Origin: Candidatus Velamenicoccus archaeovorus | Lineage (GTDB): Bacteria; Omnitrophota; Gorgyraeia; Velamenicoccales; Velamenicoccaceae | Length of the DNA: 32,000 bases | Direction of reading: 5' to 3' | Assembly (NCBI RefSeq): GCF_004102945.1 | Contig: NZ_CP019384.1 | Location: 1,080,001-1,112,000 of the forward strand | Shown: positions 1 to 8,209 of the stretch, piece by piece | How the letters are laid out: every line of letters begins with the position of its first letter | How positions within the stretch are numbered: position 1 is the stretch's first letter | The notes under the pieces: generated by a model | What the model was told of the DNA's origin: nothing | The model's database searches: none | Seen by the model: the letters and a program-made list of their open reading frames with translations, nothing else | Translations under genes and position numbers: made by a program

Positions 1-610
1 GAGGGCCCACAAGAAGCACGCCTTTGGGAATCTTGCCCCCAAGACGCTGGAACTTCTTGGGATCCTTAAGGAACTCTATGACCTCCTGGAGTTCTTCTTT
101 GGCCTCGTCGACCCCGGCCACATCGGCAAAAGTCACCTTCTCCTTGGGCTCCGTCCCCAAGCGCGCCTTCACTTTGCCGAAAGACCAGATCCGGTTGCCC
201 ACCTCGGCCCCCCGATAGCTGAAATACCACAAAAAGGCGATAAAAAGGACAACGGGACCCAGAGAAAACAAAAGATTCGTCCAAATCGTCCGGGCCGGCT
301 TGACCTGAAAATCAGGCGCATGAGTACGCAGGAGCGCCAAGAGGTCTTTGTCGTCAGGGGGGATATTGACAAAAAAACGCGAGCCATTCACGAACTCCCC
401 CTGGAGGATGTCTTCGGACATCGTGACAACCTTGAGCCGCGACGGTTCCTCTGTCAAGACACGATAGAACTCGGTGTATGAAAGCTCTTTGCGGGCCACC
501 CCATTGTTCTGCAAAAGCCCCATCAGATAAAGGGTGCCGACAATAAAAAGGATCCACACGAAAACAGAAAGATTGTTCTTCTTAAATCTTTGTGCAGGAG
601 ACTGTTTCAT
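1..610 (-). CDS. ftsH: ATP-dependent zinc metalloprotease FtsH, N-terminal part (gene runs off the left edge)
   Basis: Absent from the ORF track because there is no stop in the window. My translation from ATG at 610 gives [34 protein letters not shown]... (TM1), ...[22 protein letters not shown] (TM2), ...[45 protein letters not shown]. This is the canonical FtsH N-terminus up to just before Walker A. tilS-ftsH adjacency is a common synteny. Confidence 0.9.
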   Translation of the reverse strand, partial: MKQSPAQRFKKNNLSVFVWILFIVGTLYLMGLLQNNGVARKELSYTEFYRVLTEEPSRLKVVTMSEDILQGEFVNGSRFFVNIPPDDKDLLALLRTHAPDFQVKPARTIWTNLLFSLGPVVLFIAFLWYFSYRGAEVGNRIWSFGKVKARLGTEPKEKVTFADVAGVDEAKEELQEVIEFLKDPKKFQRLGGKIPKGVLLVGP

Positions 611-672
611 TTTACGGGGATTGGATTTATTCATGGTTTTCCTATTATAACCTAACGCGTCTTAAAAGCAAA

Positions 673-1695
673 TCATCTTTTGGCACAAACTTTTCTCCGG
701 GAAAGGCGGTGACGGCGAGACTTGCGGCAAGCGAAAGAAAGCGTACAAGCCTCCTTGGACACAACCACGCCTCCCGGCAGATGGACCTCGGATCCGGCAG
801 GGCGCCCAAACAGCAACTCTTCCAATTCGAGAGAATGCCGGAACCCGAGCAGGCCGGGAATCCCCGTCAACGACGAAATCGCCATCCGCACAACCATGCG
901 CCTCAACGCTATATCCAGCGACTTCAACGGTTCTTCTGCTATCATCAGCTGTCCGGCGACCGAGCGGCCGTGTCCCTTAAGGAAATCCCAGGCACGCTGT
1001 TCCAAATAATCATAATCAGCGCCCACGGACAAGGCCGTATTCACAAGCACTCCCCTGACATTGGCATTGAATTCTTTCTCAAGAAAAGGAAGAAGTCTAA
1101 GTCGGATTTTATTGCGCAGGTAAACTTCTTCTTCGTTCGTTTCATCCACCCGGTAATCCAATCCCTCTTTCTTGAGATATCGAAGGACGTCTTTCCTGGA
1201 AACGCCGATCAACGGCCGGACAATCTTCAGCGCCCCCTGCCGCCTCACGGGCAAGACGGCCATCAACCCCCACAATCCGCTGCCGCGCACAAGACGCATC
1301 AAAACCGTTTCCGCCTGGTCGTCGCGCGTATGCCCCAATGCCATCGCATTCGCGCCCGTGTCCGCGGCAATCCTTGTCAGAAAATCATAGCGTGCCCGGC
1401 GCAAAAAATCCTCGGAAAGACGGCTTTTCCCTTTATGTTTCAAACGCTCCGTGAAAAAAGGATACCCCAGGCTTTCAGACAACTGCCTGACAAATGCCAC
1501 ATCGCGCCCGGAGTTCTTGCGGATGCCGTGATCAAAGGAAGCGACGGAAATTTCCAAACCAAGGGCCGCCTGGAGGCGTTTCAGAACACTCAGGAGCGCA
1601 ACGGAATCCGGCCCGCCGGAAACAGCCGCCAATACCTTATCTTGCGGCGCAAACATCCGATAGGTTTCGACAGTCTTCTTGACGCATGCGTACAT
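673..1695 (-). CDS. tilS: tRNA(Ile)-lysidine synthase TilS
   Basis: 340 aa. PP-loop motif AVSGGPDSVALL near the N-terminus, followed by HTRDDQAETVLMRLVRGSG, typical of TilS. ATG start verified at 1695. Confidence 0.9.
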   Translation of the reverse strand: MYACVKKTVETYRMFAPQDKVLAAVSGGPDSVALLSVLKRLQAALGLEISVASFDHGIRKNSGRDVAFVRQLSESLGYPFFTERLKHKGKSRLSEDFLRRARYDFLTRIAADTGANAMALGHTRDDQAETVLMRLVRGSGLWGLMAVLPVRRQGALKIVRPLIGVSRKDVLRYLKKEGLDYRVDETNEEEVYLRNKIRLRLLPFLEKEFNANVRGVLVNTALSVGADYDYLEQRAWDFLKGHGRSVAGQLMIAEEPLKSLDIALRRMVVRMAISSLTGIPGLLGFRHSLELEELLFGRPAGSEVHLPGGVVVSKEACTLSFACRKSRRHRLSRRKVCAKR

Positions 1696-1724
1696 GGTTA
1701 CATCCCCACTATTCTAAGCCGAGG

Positions 1725-2204
1725 TCAAGCCGGAGGGACACCGTATTTGAATTGGCGGACAATGTTGGGATGGGAAAAAAAATAGATCAGGCCGAGGTAA
1801 TAAGAAAAAGACAAAACAATCCCTATGATCAGAAAAACGACGGGGACATCCGTCATGACTTCCTGTGCCAGGAAAACATTGAGACAGATATTGACCAAAA
1901 AGTTGATGAGATAAACGGACATGACGACGCGCAAGGTCTGACGCGCCCAGTCCTTCAGATGAAGAGCGCCGATCCCGCAGACCACCCACGCCAAAAAGAT
2001 CAAAAGGTTCAGGATGGACGATAACCAAAAAACGGGCAAGGAGATCATTCCCACCGGCAAGACTGCCGCCACCTCCGGAAGGTTCCTCAAGCTCATCAGC
2101 GCCATGGAAAGGATCATGAGAAAAGCGTTAAAAGCGCCGAAGGCGATGAGGGAAATCGAAAAGACAACGACTCCCTTGGAACGGGTAATGAATTTATAAA
2201 CCAC
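1725..2204 (-). CDS. Hypothetical integral membrane protein (about 5 predicted TM helices)
   Basis: 159-aa ORF with a GTG start preceded by GAGGAG. Hydrophobic segments run throughout. I recognise no family. Confidence 0.5.
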   Translation of the reverse strand: MVYKFITRSKGVVVFSISLIAFGAFNAFLMILSMALMSLRNLPEVAAVLPVGMISLPVFWLSSILNLLIFLAWVVCGIGALHLKDWARQTLRVVMSVYLINFLVNICLNVFLAQEVMTDVPVVFLIIGIVLSFSYYLGLIYFFSHPNIVRQFKYGVPPA

Positions 2205-2245
2205 TAATTCTCCTCATTGAGGCCGCCGCAGAAGACCGGCGGGGT

Positions 2246-2677
2246 TCAAAGCAACTGCACACACTGGGTCGTATTAGCCGTGAAATTACCGCCGGCCGTA
2301 ATATTGAAACGGCAGCTGACGGCCTGAAAGCTTTCCAGGGTCGTCCTTATTGCAGTGGCAACAGGGACGGTGGCGCCGCTAAGGTCTGTCCCCCCAAGGA
2401 CCGAATAGGAAAAATACTTTGCCGGCGGGAGATTGATGTCCAAACGGCTGCTGTCGCTGGCATAGACGGCGTAACTGACAGCATACCTCAATTGCGCACG
2501 GCGCAAGGCGCCCAGTATCGTCTTGGCCTCATTCACTCTAGCCCGCTCAGCCCCTTTGATCAATAAAGGCAAGGCGATACTGGCCAGAACAGTCATAATG
2601 ATGACGATCGCGACGAACTCGATTAACGTAAAACCTTTAGGCTCTATGACTAGGGGCTTGCGCGCCATCTCCTCCAT
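2246..2677 (-). CDS. Prepilin-type N-terminal cleavage/methylation domain protein (type IV pilin or T2SS pseudopilin-like)
   Basis: Leader ...EPKG|FTLIEFVAIVIIMTVLASIALPLL matches the G|FTLIE prepilin peptidase site with Glu+5. A C-terminal Cys...Cys pair (SCRFNITAGGNFTANTTQC) resembles a pilin D-region. The start could be M1 (2677) or M4 (2668). Confidence 0.8.
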   Translation of the reverse strand: MEEMARKPLVIEPKGFTLIEFVAIVIIMTVLASIALPLLIKGAERARVNEAKTILGALRRAQLRYAVSYAVYASDSSRLDINLPPAKYFSYSVLGGTDLSGATVPVATAIRTTLESFQAVSCRFNITAGGNFTANTTQCVQLL

Positions 2678-2755
2678 TATGGAGGAATTTTATCACATTC
2701 TTAAAAAAAGAGCAACGCCGAAAATATGAAGGCCTCTGCCTGAAGCGTCCCTCTT

Positions 2756-3451
2756 TCAGCTGGCTTCTGCACCGGCCGCAGGAGGAAGCACGCGATCTTT
2801 CATCTGCAAGGTGTAACCGAAGCCCCCGAGCCCCTTGATCACCAGGGGGACCCTTGAAGCATCGCTGGAAATCCATATTTCAAACTTACGGGGTTCGCTG
2901 ATAAAATGATAGGCCTTGTATTTTTTGCCGGAGACTTCAATGTCATCCAGCGACGCCAAGGAAACCTTGTAGACATCCGGCAAACGGATTTCGTAGGACC
3001 ATCCCGGCGCCAAATGCTCTACGCGGCGCAAATAAAAAGGCAACAGGACCGCATTATGGATCGGGCCGTCGGCCGTAAACTTGTACTCTTTGACCTGTTT
3101 CCCATCGATGTATTTCCGGATGACCAAGGTATGCTGCGCTGCCGCATATTCTTCCGTGAGATTTTCTTTGGAAAAGACCCAAGAGATGTCCCGTTCCACC
3201 CTGACCGGCAGCCCGGTCTCCGGATCCGCGTAGATCTTCTCTAAGTCGTCGAAGCCCGGCATGACCGTCCTGAAGGTGATAAGCTTGAGTTTGCGTCCTT
3301 CAAGATCGACCAGCCCCAGGTCGCGATATTCTGCGCGACCGATAGGAGAAATCGCATACGCGATCTCTTCTCCTTTATATCCCGATGGAAAAGCCGTGCT
3401 TGCGATGCACAGAAACGACAAGAAGAATAATGTGCTGCGCCTTATTTTCAT
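2756..3451 (-). CDS. Secreted DUF3108-like protein
   Basis: 231 aa with an N-terminal signal peptide (MKIRRSTLFFLSFLCIASTAFP). The C-terminal pattern LLPFYLRR...G...KAYHF...EIWISSDASRVPLVIKG..GFGYTLQM resembles my memory of DUF3108. The family assignment is from memory only. Confidence 0.55.
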   Translation of the reverse strand: MKIRRSTLFFLSFLCIASTAFPSGYKGEEIAYAISPIGRAEYRDLGLVDLEGRKLKLITFRTVMPGFDDLEKIYADPETGLPVRVERDISWVFSKENLTEEYAAAQHTLVIRKYIDGKQVKEYKFTADGPIHNAVLLPFYLRRVEHLAPGWSYEIRLPDVYKVSLASLDDIEVSGKKYKAYHFISEPRKFEIWISSDASRVPLVIKGLGGFGYTLQMKDRVLPPAAGAEAS

Positions 3452-3772
3452 CGCCGCCTCCCTGCGTTCCTGTATGCCCCCTTTATAACAAAACCCCGCC
3501 AGGACCCAAGGCCTCTGACGGGATGATTGAGAGCCTTGTCGTTTGTCCCTCGATATATCGCTTGCGTTTTTTGCCTACTCCGGCAAAAAACTCTGCGCAA
3601 TCATCGGGACAAAATTTGCAAGGAAAACTCTCAAATACCAATTTTGGCGACAGGGAATATTTTGCCGCCGATTCCTTCAATCGCTCTCCCGGCGAAGCTG
3701 CCCCTCGTTTCCAAAAATAGATCAGACAGAAACTCGGGACAAAATTTGAATGAAAAAAGATCAAACAAATTT

Positions 3773-3845
3773 TGGTGGCGGAGAGTGCCTGCCGGCAGGC
3801 AGGGATTTTTGAGCACCTCAATATCCCATCCAGCGAAATCCCGCC
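3773..3845 (-). pseudogene. Decayed tRNA-like remnant (acceptor plus T-arm) interrupted by a 16-bp GC palindrome
   Basis: The minus strand reads GGCGGGA...GGTGCTCAAAAATCC[CTGCCTGCCGGCAGGC]ACTCTCCGCCACCA. Removing the bracketed 16 nt leaves AAATCCACTCTCCGCCACCA, identical to the 3' end of the intact tRNA at 3911-3987. It is about 57 nt without the insert, too short to function. Confidence 0.45.
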
Positions 3846-3910
3846 TCGGCCTCCGGCCGAAGCGGGGAAACCACCCTCGCTCAAATGACGATGCTCTCTA
3901 TGACAAAAAG

Positions 3911-3987
3911 TGGTGGCGGAGAGTGGATTTAAACCACCGACCAAGCGGGTATGAGCCGCGTGCTCTATCAGGCTGAGCTACTCCGCC
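3911..3987 (-). tRNA. tRNA with CAU anticodon (elongator Met or Ile2/lysidine type), CCA encoded
   Basis: Reverse complement: GGCGGAG-TA-GCTC-AGCCTGATA-GAGC-A-CGCGG-CTCATAC-CCGCT-TGGTC-GGTGG-TTTAAAT-CCACT-CTCCGCC-A-CCA. It folds as a full cloverleaf with a 7-bp acceptor and anticodon loop CU-CAU-AC. It is not initiator-like: 1:72 is paired and there is no GGG/CCC anticodon stem. The T-arm GGTCGGTGGTT.AA.TCCACTC resembles bacterial tRNA-Ile. Confidence 0.9.
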
Positions 3988-4060
3988 ATAAAGCCATTCC
4001 AATGTCAAAACAAAATGAATACCGGGCAACCCCGTCCTTCGCCAAAAACGAAAAACCACA

Positions 4061-4124
4061 AGTCAACCCATATTCCCCGGTCTGCCCTGTGGGCGCCGCC
4101 CGCGAAGACAGGCATCAGACTGGG
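4061..4124 (+). repeat. Repeat: 17-nt box AGTCAACCCATATTCCC followed by a long GC-rich hairpin (copy 1 of 2)
   Basis: The 17-mer at 4061-4077 is identical to 30711-30727. It is followed by an imperfect hairpin CCCCGGTCTGCCCTGT...ACAGGCATCAGACTGGG. It lies 74-137 nt upstream of the tRNA in the transcription direction. Confidence 0.7.
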
Positions 4125-4405
4125 TCCTTCGACGCGCTTCGCTTGCTCAGGACTCCCTTCGGTCGCTACTCCGCCGATATTTTCAAAAATTCTCGAGGAC
4201 ACCTCTCTGGCACCCGACTATATTATACTGAAACCCCGTATTTGACAAGAAAATTCAACCCATTCGTCACCCTCCCAAGCCCAAAAACATACTTGGGGAT
4301 TTGCTCAGGGTTGATCCTGAGGCTGCGCCTGTCGGGGCGCCGCCGAACGTATCAAAAGACGAACAACGACGAATTCCGGTTTGGAAAAACCAGCACTTCC
4401 CTGTT

Positions 4406-6367
4406 TCATCTGCCAGACCCTGACTCAAGATCCCGGACTCTTTGAAAATACTGCTCGGCCCTCGCCCGGTCTCCATGATTACCGTAGAGGGCCCCCAGAT
4501 TCTCCAGCGCCTCCACACAACCAGGATCCAAAACAAGGATCCTTTCAAACAACAGCCGCGCTTCATCAAAATAGTCCAGTGAAGCCAAAACCACGCCGCC
4601 TTTCAGAAGGACGGCTTCATCATCCGGCCTAAGGGCCAGCAAGGGCTGCAAAATACCCAGGGCTTCGTCAAAGCGTTTCTCGCTGATAAAAACATCCAGG
4701 AGAGCGGTATATGCCAGCGCAGAATCCGGATTCAAAACAGACGCCTTCCTGAAACAAGCGACGGCATCTTCTCTCCGTCCAAGCCCGAGATAAGCCTTGC
4801 CGAGATTGAAATAGGCTTCATCCGAATAGTCATTGATCTGAAGCGCCTGACGGAACAACACGGCCGCCTCCTCCAGATGTCTGCGGCCGCGCGCTATTTC
4901 CACCAGGCCGAGATTATTATATGCCTGAAAAGCGCCGGGATTGATACGCAAAACCAAGCGATAGCACTCTTCGGCCTTGTCCATCCGGCGCTGCCCATAA
5001 TGGATATTGCCGAGCAAAAGGAGCGCATCCCAGGCGCCGGGCTCCAACCGCAAGGCCTCCAAGGCATGTTGCCTGGCCAGGGCGTTATCGCCTTTCTCGG
5101 CATAGGCATAAGCGACATTAAGATGCGCGGCAGAGACCCCGGGGTATTTTGCCAATACATCTTCCCACAGAGAGATACTGTCATGCCAGACAAGCGCGCG
5201 CTGAAAAGTCAGAGTTGAAAGCAAACAGACGAAACCTATTCCTATCGTCACCAAGAGGACCCTCAAGACCCGGCGGCCGCTCAACCGCGACACCCATAAC
5301 CTCCGGACGTATGCAGCCGCGAGATAGAATATGCCAAGGGCTGCGATGTACACATAACGGTCGCTGACGGCATAGGATGCCCGGGCGGCCAGAACGGGAA
5401 TAAGACTCAAAACAAAAAAGCCGAGCGAGAATGCAAAAATGCCTCGCCCCCCATCGCGGCGCAGGACCACGTAAAAATATCCCAGAAAAAGCAGCGATAG
5501 GAGACATGGCCAGACAGTAAAAAGAAAACCCTGCGCATAAGGATAAAAACATGACAGGCGGACAGGCCAAAGGATCATAAAGATATAAATCAGGATCCGC
5601 TGGAGCCATTCCAGCGGCATGGAGGATACGCTGTACTGGGCGTGAAACCAGCACAAGGCGGCATAATTAAGCAGGATCATCAAGAACGAAATGACAAAAA
5701 ACGGTATCTTGTCCCACCAGGAAAGGAGCGGTTTCTTTTCGAGCGCGGCGTCGAAAAAGAACAAAAGCAGCGGGAATGCGATCATCATGGGCTTGGCCAT
5801 CAAGGAGAGAGCAAAAAGAATCAGGGACGCATAATAGAGGGCGCGGGGGCGCGCCAGACGGTAAAGCACATATGTGACGGCGGCGGCGAGGAAGAAAAAG
5901 CCGTAGAGCAGGTCTTTTTGCTCCGTCACCCATGCGACCGATTCTACCCGGAGAGGATGAATGGCGAACAACACAGCCACGAACCAGGCAAGGAAAATAT
6001 CCTTGCGCAGGAGAAAAAAGAGCCAGAAGACAAAAAAGGCATTGATGAGATGCAACAGAAGACTGACGGCGTGATAACCTCTGGGATCCAGGCGGAACAA
6101 ACGGTTTTCCAGGGCAAAGGCAAGGAAGGACAAGGGTTTATACTGGACCCTCTCGAACGAGGTGAATATTTGAGGTATCTTTTCTGGAGTAAAATTCTTC
6201 GCGCGCGGGTTCTGCGTCAAATAGACATTGTCGTCCCAATTCACAAATCCGTTATGAAGAATAGGCCGGAAAGAAACATAAGTCAGAACGGCCAAGAGCG
6301 ACAAGAGCACAAAAATGGCGGCTCTGTCGGAACGGGTGCATCGCTGTTCTGCTGCCGGGTCGGCCAT
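4406..6367 (-). CDS. TMTC-like GT-C glycosyltransferase: polytopic membrane domain with C-terminal TPR repeats
   Basis: 653 aa. The N-terminal ~400 aa hold many TM helices with motifs FVNWDDNVYLTQNP and YHAVSLLLHLINAFFVFWLF, typical of bacterial TMTC/PMT_2-like proteins. The C-terminal ~230 aa are tandem TPRs (AYAYAEKGD..A, AYNNLGLV, AYFNLGKAYLGLGRREDA, ALENLGALYGNHGD). Confidence 0.7.
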   Translation of the reverse strand: MADPAAEQRCTRSDRAAIFVLLSLLAVLTYVSFRPILHNGFVNWDDNVYLTQNPRAKNFTPEKIPQIFTSFERVQYKPLSFLAFALENRLFRLDPRGYHAVSLLLHLINAFFVFWLFFLLRKDIFLAWFVAVLFAIHPLRVESVAWVTEQKDLLYGFFFLAAAVTYVLYRLARPRALYYASLILFALSLMAKPMMIAFPLLLFFFDAALEKKPLLSWWDKIPFFVISFLMILLNYAALCWFHAQYSVSSMPLEWLQRILIYIFMILWPVRLSCFYPYAQGFLFTVWPCLLSLLFLGYFYVVLRRDGGRGIFAFSLGFFVLSLIPVLAARASYAVSDRYVYIAALGIFYLAAAYVRRLWVSRLSGRRVLRVLLVTIGIGFVCLLSTLTFQRALVWHDSISLWEDVLAKYPGVSAAHLNVAYAYAEKGDNALARQHALEALRLEPGAWDALLLLGNIHYGQRRMDKAEECYRLVLRINPGAFQAYNNLGLVEIARGRRHLEEAAVLFRQALQINDYSDEAYFNLGKAYLGLGRREDAVACFRKASVLNPDSALAYTALLDVFISEKRFDEALGILQPLLALRPDDEAVLLKGGVVLASLDYFDEARLLFERILVLDPGCVEALENLGALYGNHGDRARAEQYFQRVRDLESGSGR

Positions 6368-6401
6368 CTTGATGAGCGGTTGGGAAAGCGGCTCCTCATA
6401 C

Positions 6402-7202
6402 CTAAGATTTGAGTTTGCTCTTCAGGTACGCCTCGATATAGGAATCACAGTAGATCGCCTTGTTGAGGATCAACGCACCCGTGATCAAAGACCGCATCAG
6501 CTCCTGGTCCAGGGGATCAAGGATGGCCGCCTCAAGCCCGGCGGCCTGCGCCATGACCAAAAATGTCCTGTTGATGATCGAGCGGTTCTTCGATCCTTGG
6601 GAGATATTGCTCAACCCCACGACGCTCTTGACCGCGGGCGTCGTCAATAATTTAAAATCACCGATGACGCGCAGGATATCCTCAAGCTGGTTCTGGGCGA
6701 CGTTGACCGGCAGAAGAACCGGGTCCAGATATAATTCGGCAGCGTCAAGACCGGCGCCGGCTGCGCGCTCAAGGATAAAAGCCGCCAGTTCCAGGCGCCT
6801 CTCCTTGTCCTGAGGCACGCCTTTCTTGTCGACGGTCAACGCGATCAAAGATGCGCGGTGTTTCAAGGCCAAAGCCAGATAGGCGTCGAGCTTGTCGGTG
6901 TCTGCCGTCGTGGAATTGATGATCGCCTTGCCGCGGCATGCCTTCAATCCTTCCTCGATCACCGCCTGTTTTGTGCTGTCCAGGCATAAAGGCACGGCGA
7001 CCTCGGACTGGATCGCCTCCACGAGCCACCGCATATCCTGCACGGGGTCCTTCGACAATGGGCCACAGTTAACATCCAGGGCATCCGCGCCTGCTTCGAC
7101 CTGGCGGCGGGCCAACGTCTTGATGGCGGAGGCGTCCCGTTCCGCCAAGGCCTCCCTGACGTTACGATACATCCCATTGATCAATTCGCCGATAATATAC
7201 AT
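6402..7202 (-). CDS. acsE: Methyltetrahydrofolate:corrinoid/iron-sulfur protein Co-methyltransferase AcsE
   Basis: 266 aa, collinear with Moorella AcsE as I remember it: MYIIGELINGM..., ALDVNCGP, CLDST, IINSTT, LYLDPVLLPVNVAQ, VGLSNISQG..NRSIINRTFL, YCDSY. Pterin-binding fold. Confidence 0.92.
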   Translation of the reverse strand: MYIIGELINGMYRNVREALAERDASAIKTLARRQVEAGADALDVNCGPLSKDPVQDMRWLVEAIQSEVAVPLCLDSTKQAVIEEGLKACRGKAIINSTTADTDKLDAYLALALKHRASLIALTVDKKGVPQDKERRLELAAFILERAAGAGLDAAELYLDPVLLPVNVAQNQLEDILRVIGDFKLLTTPAVKSVVGLSNISQGSKNRSIINRTFLVMAQAAGLEAAILDPLDQELMRSLITGALILNKAIYCDSYIEAYLKSKLKS

Positions 7203-7231
7203 AAATAAGCTGTGAGTCGTAAGCTATAAGT

Positions 7232-8209
7232 TCAAGACTGGGCCTTCTTCATCAATTCCTGGATTTCAGACTTGACGATCTTGATGGCCTGCGGATGTCT
7301 CATCGTCAGGATGTCTGCGCCTGCCTGCAGACAAGACATGGCCGTGACGACCTCCCACATAATGCCCCTTTCTCTCTGGTCTCCCCACGCCGGGGATTCG
7401 CTTGCGGGGACTTTCGCCTCCTTGGCGCGCCAGCTCTCCTGGCCGACAAAACAGATAAAAGGCATGGCCAGCATCCTGTCGCCCGAGAGCGCCGCGTTCC
7501 TGGCGCGCTCCATGATGGAATAGGCGTATTCGAGACCATACCCCAGAGCGCCGATCGTAGGATTGATGATGATGCGGTCCAGGGGCATCCCCAGATCGGA
7601 GATCAGGATATTCAGCTGTTTGGCGATATTCACGTCGATCGGCGATTCGGCAATGATGTTGTGGCCGTCGGCGATGCAGGCGGCCGTCAATGTCTTGTAA
7701 TTTTCCTGAACGGCATCGCCGAAAAGCAGGCGCTCCCCCTTCGTCGCCTCCGAGACAAGCGGCAGGACCTCGTTATCCCGACCCGCCTCGCCGCATCCCA
7801 GAACGATCAGAGGTCTATCGACGGCGCCAAGGATCTTTGTGACCAGATTTACGGCCTGGCCTGCCGATGTATTGGCACCGTCCGGATGGATGCCTGCAAG
7901 CTTGACGCAGACCAGGTCAGCCCCAATGTCTTCGACCATGGCCTTGGCCCATGTCACCGGATCTTTACTGATCCCCCTGAGATCGCGGCGCAGGGCCTCC
8001 GGCTCGTCGTCCTGAGGAACGTCAAAGATCTCGACGGCAATAAGCGGTGTATGCGGCAGGGCGCCTTCCTTGAATAAAAACGGCAAAGTCTCTTCGCCGC
8101 CTACGGTCAAAGTCACCTTGCGGCTGCCGCCCTCCTGTCGTCCGGCGCCTAACCGCATCTCACAGACAGCCTGGGACCATGTCGTAATCATCTTCAATTC
8201 TTCGGCCAT
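7232..8209 (-). CDS. acsD: Corrinoid iron-sulfur protein small subunit AcsD (CdhD-like)
   Basis: Strong match to remembered AcsD blocks: VTLTVGGEETLPF, GADLVCVKL, PLIVLGCG, ENYKTLTAACI..HNIIAESP.D.N.AKQLNILI, DPTIGALGYGLEYAYSIMER, WRAKEA, ILTMRHP. I place the start at ATG 8209 (MAEELK, 325 aa). The track ORF extends to 8266 inside cooC. The chosen start overlaps the cooC stop by 16 nt. Confidence 0.9.
   Translation of the reverse strand: MAEELKMITTWSQAVCEMRLGAGRQEGGSRKVTLTVGGEETLPFLFKEGALPHTPLIAVEIFDVPQDDEPEALRRDLRGISKDPVTWAKAMVEDIGADLVCVKLAGIHPDGANTSAGQAVNLVTKILGAVDRPLIVLGCGEAGRDNEVLPLVSEATKGERLLFGDAVQENYKTLTAACIADGHNIIAESPIDVNIAKQLNILISDLGMPLDRIIINPTIGALGYGLEYAYSIMERARNAALSGDRMLAMPFICFVGQESWRAKEAKVPASESPAWGDQRERGIMWEVVTAMSCLQAGADILTMRHPQAIKIVKSEIQELMKKAQS

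Noticed and set aside
592-1785. Long plus-strand ORFs antisense to real genes: 592-1785 (397 aa), 5642-6412, 7295-8077, 9661-10563, 18343-19260, 20907-21803 and 23600-24250.
   Set aside because: Each lies entirely opposite a minus-strand gene with a strong family signature. Their products are low-complexity and Arg/Pro/Gly/His-rich with no motifs I recognise. They are typical shadow ORFs.
2223-2242. Short GC hairpins after the pilin-like gene (CCGCCG-N8-CGGCGG, 2223-2242) and after the TMTC-like gene (4376-4393) as intrinsic terminators.
   Set aside because: The stems are only 5-6 bp and are not followed by a clear U-tract. The first sits directly in front of the next gene's ribosome-binding site.
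3773-3925. 15-bp duplication of the tRNA 3' end as attL/attR of an integrated genomic island.
   Set aside because: Only 123 bp lie between the copies and no integrase is present. The downstream copy extends into a recognisable decayed T-arm. It is better read as a tRNA remnant than as an island boundary.
3483-3976. ORFs 3483-3944 (-), 3527-3976 (+) and 3951-4445 (+) in the tract around the tRNA.
   Set aside because: They run through the tRNA gene and the repeat or hairpin elements. They have no ribosome-binding sites and no recognisable domains. The tract is better explained as non-coding.
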